DNA from: an archaeon
GTDB taxonomy: Archaea; Nanobdellota; Nanobdellia; Woesearchaeales; GW2011-AR9
Direction: 5' to 3'
Length of the DNA: 64,000 nucleotides
NCBI GenBank assembly: GCA_018670085.1
Contig: JABHRS010000037.1
Span: 28,500-92,499 of the forward strand
A model generated the notes under the pieces. That model did no database searches. It saw nothing but the letters and a program-made list of their open reading frames with translations, and was not told the DNA's origin. Of this stretch, positions 58,864-64,000 are shown piece after piece; position 1 is the stretch's first letter, and each line of letters starts with the position of its first letter. The position numbers and the translations under genes are program-made.

Positions 58864-61800
58864 ATGGCATACGACATACCACCACCACTAAGGCACAAGG
58901 AAGCCATTCTCTGGGGCCTGAACTGGAACCAGATCGGCTACGCAGCGCCAGCTCTGATCTTCAGCCTCTTTATCATCCTTAAAGCACCTTTTCCAATCGA
59001 AGTGTCTTTAGCAATTTCTGGTATTATTGTCACAATTGCTGTCTTCTTCATGTTCTTCAACGGCTTAAACAGAGCAAAGAACTTGATTCATCACCTTTTT
59101 AATCAAGAAGTAGAAGTTAATTCTGATACACTCAAAAGTATTGTAGACATTCAAAAAATTGAAAACGATATTGTATACAATTCATCACAAAAATTAGCAG
59201 TTTTAGAAATCATCCCCTTGAACTTCCTCATCAAAACAAAGGAAGAACAAGAAACAATCATTCTTGGATTTCAGAAGTTTCTCAATAGCTTAGATTTTCC
59301 AATCCAAATTCATGTGAGTAGCCATGAAATAGATTTGAAAGAGCATTTTGCAAAAGTATCAAAGAAATCAAAGAACTACAAAGAACTTTTCAAGTCATAC
59401 AAACAGTTTATTGAGGAGTCTACTAAAGATATCAAAAACAGAAAATTCTACATCATTATCAACGAGAAAGACAACTTAGAAATTCAAACAAAAGTCTGCG
59501 AAGAAAAATTACGTTGCTTAGGATTGAAAGTACAAAGACTGCAAAGTAATCAATTACTCAATTTATTCTTTGAATATATTGCAAACAATAAACAAAAAGA
59601 ACTGAAGGAAGGAGAAGAAATAGAAAATTATACTCATCATTTGCTTTCACCCAACAAAATCACCTTTTTTCATGATTTTTTGCAAGTAGATGATAATTTC
59701 TATAAAATTATTGCAGTCACAGGTTATCCTCATTCTGTTGAGATGGGTTTTCTGGATAAAATAATTTCATCTGGTGATAATTATGATGTCTCCTTGCATA
59801 TTGATCCCTTTCCAATTGAAGATATGATGATTCAACTCAATAGAGAATTACAAAAACAACAATCAGACTTGTATGCAGATAGTAACAAAGGAATCATTAA
59901 TCCTTCTTTAGAGATCAAATACAAATCAACTAGAGCTGTGTTAGAAGATTTGCAGAAAGGTAAGCAAAAACTCTTCGATGTGTCTTTGTATGTGATGTGC
60001 AAGGGATCCAGTAAGGAAGAAGCTGCCTTGTTATCTAAGAAGGTGAAAGCTGATTTTGATGGCCTGATGATTCAAAGTACGCAGCCAACTTTTCAGATGC
60101 AACATTGCTATGAATCAATGCTTCCGTTAGGGCGCGACACTGTAAAGATCAAGCGAAATATTCACACTACTGGATTATCAGCGTTCTTTCCCTTTAGTTC
60201 GCCTTTCTTAGATGTTGATAATGATGGGATATTATTAGGTCTTAACAAGAATGGAATTCCTTACATCAAAGACATTTTCCAATTAACTAATCAAAATGGT
60301 TTAGTCCTGGCTACTAGTGGTGCTGGGAAGAGTTATTATGTGAAGTTAATGATTTCTCGTCAGCACCTCAATGGCTGTGATGTGATCATAATTGACCCAC
60401 AAGGAGAGTATTTAGCAATTACAGAACATTACAAGGGAGAAACAATAACCATCTCTAAGGACTCAGAAACGATCATCAACCCTCTTGATTTAATGGGTCA
60501 TGAATATCTTGAGAAACGATTGTCTTTAATGGATTTATTTCAAATTATGTTTGGTGAATTAACAGAAATTCAAAAAGCTATTTTGGATAAATCAATTGAT
60601 TTAACCTATGCTAGAAAAGGAATCAATAGAGATAGTTATGATAAGAAGCCTCCAAAATTACAAGATTTGTACCAAGTTCTCAAAAGTTTAGAAGGTGAAT
60701 GTGCACAACAAGAGAAAGTTACCTATCGTGCATTATTGAATCGTTTAGGAATGTATACTGGCAATGGTGTGTTTTCTTTTTTGGATAAAGACACCAATAT
60801 TGATTTTGATAACAATTTTGTCTGTTTCAATATAGGAGATATGCCAAAACAAGTCAAACCAGTTGTGATGTATTTAGTTCTAGATTTTGTCTATATGCGA
60901 ATGAAGAAGTCTTTGCAAAGAAAGATTTTAGTGATCGATGAAGCATGGAGTTTATTGCAGACCGCAGAAGAATCATCATACATCTTTGAGATCGTTAAAA
61001 CCTGCCGTAAATACAATATGGGCCTATTAATGATAACTCAAGATGTAGGTGATTTAGTTGGTTCCAAAGCAGGAGCTGCGGTACTCGCGAATACTTCCTA
61101 CACATTTCTTTTACGTCAAAAATCAGCTATTATCAGCAATGTTGCTAGAACCTTTAATCTTAGTTCTAATGAGAAAGATTACTTGGTGACTGCTGAAGCA
61201 GGCAATGGAATTATGATCTTGGAGAATGAACATCAAGAATTGAAAGTGATTGCCTCAGAGAAAGAACATGAATTAGTCACAACCAACCCTGATGAAATGA
61301 TCAAGAAAAATGAGAAGAAGAAAGGCAAGAAGATACCTAAAGGTGAAGTTGAGATCATGTTAAGTATTGAGCAAGATGTGTATCCAGCAAATGACTTAAC
61401 TATTGAAGATCAAAATTTCTTGGTTAATCATGACTATGTTCTTGGCAGTTATCATGGTTTGAGCAAAGGCAGGCAAAAAGAATACTTTGTGAAGAAAAGA
61501 AAACCAGAGGGAGCCTTGCATACCTATTATGTGAATTTGATCTATGAAGAGATTAGAAAGCATACTAAGAATGCTTTGAAGAGTAGAACTAAAGAACCAG
61601 ATATTGTGTTTACTAACGCACAAGGAGAGAAGATAGCAATTGAAGTAGAGTCTGGGATTGATGTGAAATATCTGAATAAGAAAAGATATCACAATGAAAA
61701 ATTTGCAATAAGAAAAAAACAATACGGGATGAATTGCTACATATTTTTACACAAGGTAAGGTTAGAGAATAGTTACAAACGTCATGATCTTCCTATTCTC

Positions 61801-61971
61801 TTTAGAGATAATATAGAAAACTTTGTGACCTCCCAAATGAGAGGTTACAAAGAGAATATATCGTTGAAGAATCAGACATCACAAATGGCTAATTCTAAGG
61901 GTAGAAGGTCTAAAACGCCAAAATCAGAGGTCACAAGAGACATCACAAAAACAGGAGGTAAATTAACATGA
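58864..61971 (+). CDS. PrgI-VirB4-like ATPase fusion with C-terminal PD-(D/E)xK-like domain
   Basis: N-terminal PrgI-like YDIP..EAILWGL + 2 TM; Walker A ATSGAGKS, IIDPQGEY, INPLD, Walker B VIDEAW, RKYN..ITQ; C-terminal PDIVF..IAIEVE. Confidence 0.9.
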   Translation: MAYDIPPPLRHKEAILWGLNWNQIGYAAPALIFSLFIILKAPFPIEVSLAISGIIVTIAVFFMFFNGLNRAKNLIHHLFNQEVEVNSDTLKSIVDIQKIENDIVYNSSQKLAVLEIIPLNFLIKTKEEQETIILGFQKFLNSLDFPIQIHVSSHEIDLKEHFAKVSKKSKNYKELFKSYKQFIEESTKDIKNRKFYIIINEKDNLEIQTKVCEEKLRCLGLKVQRLQSNQLLNLFFEYIANNKQKELKEGEEIENYTHHLLSPNKITFFHDFLQVDDNFYKIIAVTGYPHSVEMGFLDKIISSGDNYDVSLHIDPFPIEDMMIQLNRELQKQQSDLYADSNKGIINPSLEIKYKSTRAVLEDLQKGKQKLFDVSLYVMCKGSSKEEAALLSKKVKADFDGLMIQSTQPTFQMQHCYESMLPLGRDTVKIKRNIHTTGLSAFFPFSSPFLDVDNDGILLGLNKNGIPYIKDIFQLTNQNGLVLATSGAGKSYYVKLMISRQHLNGCDVIIIDPQGEYLAITEHYKGETITISKDSETIINPLDLMGHEYLEKRLSLMDLFQIMFGELTEIQKAILDKSIDLTYARKGINRDSYDKKPPKLQDLYQVLKSLEGECAQQEKVTYRALLNRLGMYTGNGVFSFLDKDTNIDFDNNFVCFNIGDMPKQVKPVVMYLVLDFVYMRMKKSLQRKILVIDEAWSLLQTAEESSYIFEIVKTCRKYNMGLLMITQDVGDLVGSKAGAAVLANTSYTFLLRQKSAIISNVARTFNLSSNEKDYLVTAEAGNGIMILENEHQELKVIASEKEHELVTTNPDEMIKKNEKKKGKKIPKGEVEIMLSIEQDVYPANDLTIEDQNFLVNHDYVLGSYHGLSKGRQKEYFVKKRKPEGALHTYYVNLIYEEIRKHTKNALKSRTKEPDIVFTNAQGEKIAIEVESGIDVKYLNKKRYHNEKFAIRKKQYGMNCYIFLHKVRLENSYKRHDLPILFRDNIENFVTSQMRGYKENISLKNQTSQMANSKGRRSKTPKSEVTRDITKTGGKLT

Positions 61972-62171
61972 AAACAGAATTGTTATGGTATTCCCTTGGA
62001 GGGTTGGTGCTTAGTTTTGGGTTATACTTTATCCAAAAATGGGTTACATTCTTTCCAGAGATTGTAGTGCAAGTAGTCTTCTGGATCTGTCTTGGCGTAT
62101 TTGGATTAGCTATGTTGATGCAGGTGTTGGTAGCTGTGAAGAAGTGGTGGGGAGAGATGCGTGGTGATTGA
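61968..62171 (+). CDS. small two-TM membrane protein
   Basis: AGGAGGT SD; ATGA overlap with the VirB4 gene. Confidence 0.75.
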   Translation: MKTELLWYSLGGLVLSFGLYFIQKWVTFFPEIVVQVVFWICLGVFGLAMLMQVLVAVKKWWGEMRGD

Positions 62172-62225
62172 GGTATTCAACCAAATTTTACAGAGTTTAA
62201 CTCTAATTATTTGTTCCTTAAAGTA

Positions 62226-62843
62226 CTATATTCTAAGATTTAACTTTTCAACAACAACTGGGTGAAGACGAACTTTAGAAAAATCACACTCACCAATAGG
62301 TGCATACTGCCAACCATTTTTATAACTAGATGGTACAAATCCCTCTCGATATTCTGGAATTTCTGTAGGAATAACACCTGCATCTGAGATTGGTTTGCGA
62401 AATCCAACTAAACTACCTCTCTGACCAATGTTAACTATATCTGGAAGAACACAAAGTTCTAACCCAACTGTTTCAAATCCCCTACTCAGTAAAGAATTTT
62501 GAATGACTGTATTATGAGTTGTTCCCTGTGCTTCTAAATATCTAAAACTTTTTTGATTAATAACTTCATCTCTCAATTTATTTAATTCTTTAAACACTCC
62601 TCTGTTTTGATAACCTGGTTTTACAAAAGAACGGCAAAGAACACCATAATCTTCTTGACTTGCCAGAGCTATATGGCCTACTACTTCATCATTACCAATA
62701 CCAATAAATGAATCATTTTTTTCTACAAATTCCTGCCATGATTGAACAGACCCATAATGTGGAAATGGTAATGTCTCATAAACTTCTTCTACCAAAGACA
62801 CAATTCTTGAAGCATCTTCTTTTGTGGCTTTTCTATGCTCCAT
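62226..62843 (-). CDS. GNAT-family acetyltransferase
   Basis: RKATKED, VVGHI, FVKPGYQNRGV; start 62843 overlaps the upstream stop. Confidence 0.8.
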   Translation of the reverse strand: MEHRKATKEDASRIVSLVEEVYETLPFPHYGSVQSWQEFVEKNDSFIGIGNDEVVGHIALASQEDYGVLCRSFVKPGYQNRGVFKELNKLRDEVINQKSFRYLEAQGTTHNTVIQNSLLSRGFETVGLELCVLPDIVNIGQRGSLVGFRKPISDAGVIPTEIPEYREGFVPSSYKNGWQYAPIGECDFSKVRLHPVVVEKLNLRI

Positions 62844-64000
62844 TTTCCCTAGTGATTCTCGAACGTGCATGAGTGACTTCTGCGATAGGTTCAACAGAAT
62901 CAGGGAGCCCATACTGAGAAACATATTCTCTTGCAAAATCCACTCCGAATTTATCGATAAAAACACAACGAGAATAAAATGGGAGAGCAGTCATTAAATG
63001 AAGAGCTTGATTCTGGTGAACAGTTGCTTGAAATTCTTTTGCCAATTCTTTATTTGCAGGCATGGGATCTTGTCCATCAACAGTATAAGCATAATGAACT
63101 GCAAGATCACCCATTAATTGAACATTTCCTAAACCTAACTCTTGATGTCTTTGAGGATTATCTCCATCTTGTGTATGTTTAGAAAGATGATACACCAAAG
63201 CAAGATGTCCTCCAGCTAAGTAGTCCATATCCTTAATGGTTTCTGCTGTGGTGAGTACATCTTTTTGTGATTCACCAGGTATCCCAATCATGGTAAAAGC
63301 GAATGGAGCAATCCCTAACTCGTGTGTTCTTTGTAGAATTTGTAAATCGTAACGTGATGTTTTTCTCTTTGCTTCTCTTTGTATTGTTTCAGCAGAAACA
63401 GTTTCTAGACCATACATCATTCGACGATGGGGACCTCCTCTAAGAATTTCTGCCCTATCATTTAGAATCCATTTCTCAACATTAGAAAATGTTTCTAACT
63501 TAAATGGAAGTTCTCTTTTAGTGACCTCTTCAGCTACATACTTGGCAATAACTGGGTGGTGCGCTTCAATAGTATCTTTGAAAAATGTAACGCCATATTG
63601 GTCGTAGTGTGATTCTAATTCTTCCAAAAATTGTTCTGGTGTTTTCATTTGAAATCTTCCAGACATTCGAGGGATTGGACAGAAATTGCAACTATCCGCA
63701 TAGCACCCCTCACCTGATCTTACTGGAAGAGCACGTTCTGGACTAAAATATAAATCAAGATCTAAATCGGAAAAATCAGGTGTTGGCTCACTACGAACTA
63801 CAAACTTGCTAGGATTTTTCAGAACTTCATCGATAGAATTGTCTGATCTAAACGCTTTTACAATAGAAACAAAAGCAGTTGCTTGTTCATTACTCAAACC
63901 AACATCGTATGTATCTCTAAGTTCAGTTGCTTCTAACTCTGGTTTTATTCTACTAAACAGATTTCCACCTACAACAACTTTCGCACCAGTATTCTCTTTG
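62833..64000 (-). CDS. B12-binding radical SAM protein (5' partial)
   Basis: GCYADSCNFC, YGLET, MIGIPGE; frame stays open to the window edge (KVVVGGN). Confidence 0.87.
   Translation of the reverse strand, partial: KENTGAKVVVGGNLFSRIKPELEATELRDTYDVGLSNEQATAFVSIVKAFRSDNSIDEVLKNPSKFVVRSEPTPDFSDLDLDLYFSPERALPVRSGEGCYADSCNFCPIPRMSGRFQMKTPEQFLEELESHYDQYGVTFFKDTIEAHHPVIAKYVAEEVTKRELPFKLETFSNVEKWILNDRAEILRGGPHRRMMYGLETVSAETIQREAKRKTSRYDLQILQRTHELGIAPFAFTMIGIPGESQKDVLTTAETIKDMDYLAGGHLALVYHLSKHTQDGDNPQRHQELGLGNVQLMGDLAVHYAYTVDGQDPMPANKELAKEFQATVHQNQALHLMTALPFYSRCVFIDKFGVDFAREYVSQYGLPDSVEPIAEVTHARSRITRENGA

Larger units (their letters stand above)
54743..64000. mobile_element. putative integrated conjugative-like element/island (right end probably beyond window)
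   Basis: Begins directly after tRNA-Ser; VirB2/VirB6/VirB4-like genes; SD-led, ATGA-coupled operon; no integrase or attR seen in window. Confidence 0.6.

Noticed and set aside
1..64000. CRISPR array, rRNA, integrase or transposase
   Set aside because: No regularly spaced repeats, rRNA signatures or recombinase motifs were seen.

Overview
AT-rich archaeal chromosomal segment, most likely from a DPANN/Nanobdellota archaeon (Woesearchaeota-like). Evidence: eL15, uL11, archaeal IleRS, NurA, a short histone-fold protein, a prepilin peptidase with a class III signal-peptide protein, tRNA introns with bulge-helix-bulge (BHB) motifs, TATA-box leaderless genes, and a 2166-aa beta-helix surface protein. 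Bases 1-52 kb are mostly housekeeping, metabolic and orphan genes, including phosphoketolase plus acetate kinase, a CBS+HPF-like protein, an Rmt/ArmA-like methyltransferase and a VLRF1-like protein. From 52 kb the window is a tRNA-anchored accessory region with three parts. (1) A tRNA-Met(CAT) with two BHB introns is followed by an integrase-free ~840-bp LAGLIDADG cassette bounded by a duplicated tRNA 3' end and 19-bp inverted repeats. (2) A tRNA-Ser(GGA) has a duplicated 5' end. (3) A minimal conjugation/T4SS-like module follows (VirB2-like pilin, VirB6-like fusion, PrgI-VirB4-PD-(D/E)xK fusion), and its island probably extends beyond the window. No rRNA or CRISPR array was seen. All protein calls rest on motif recognition by eye; no database searches were run.
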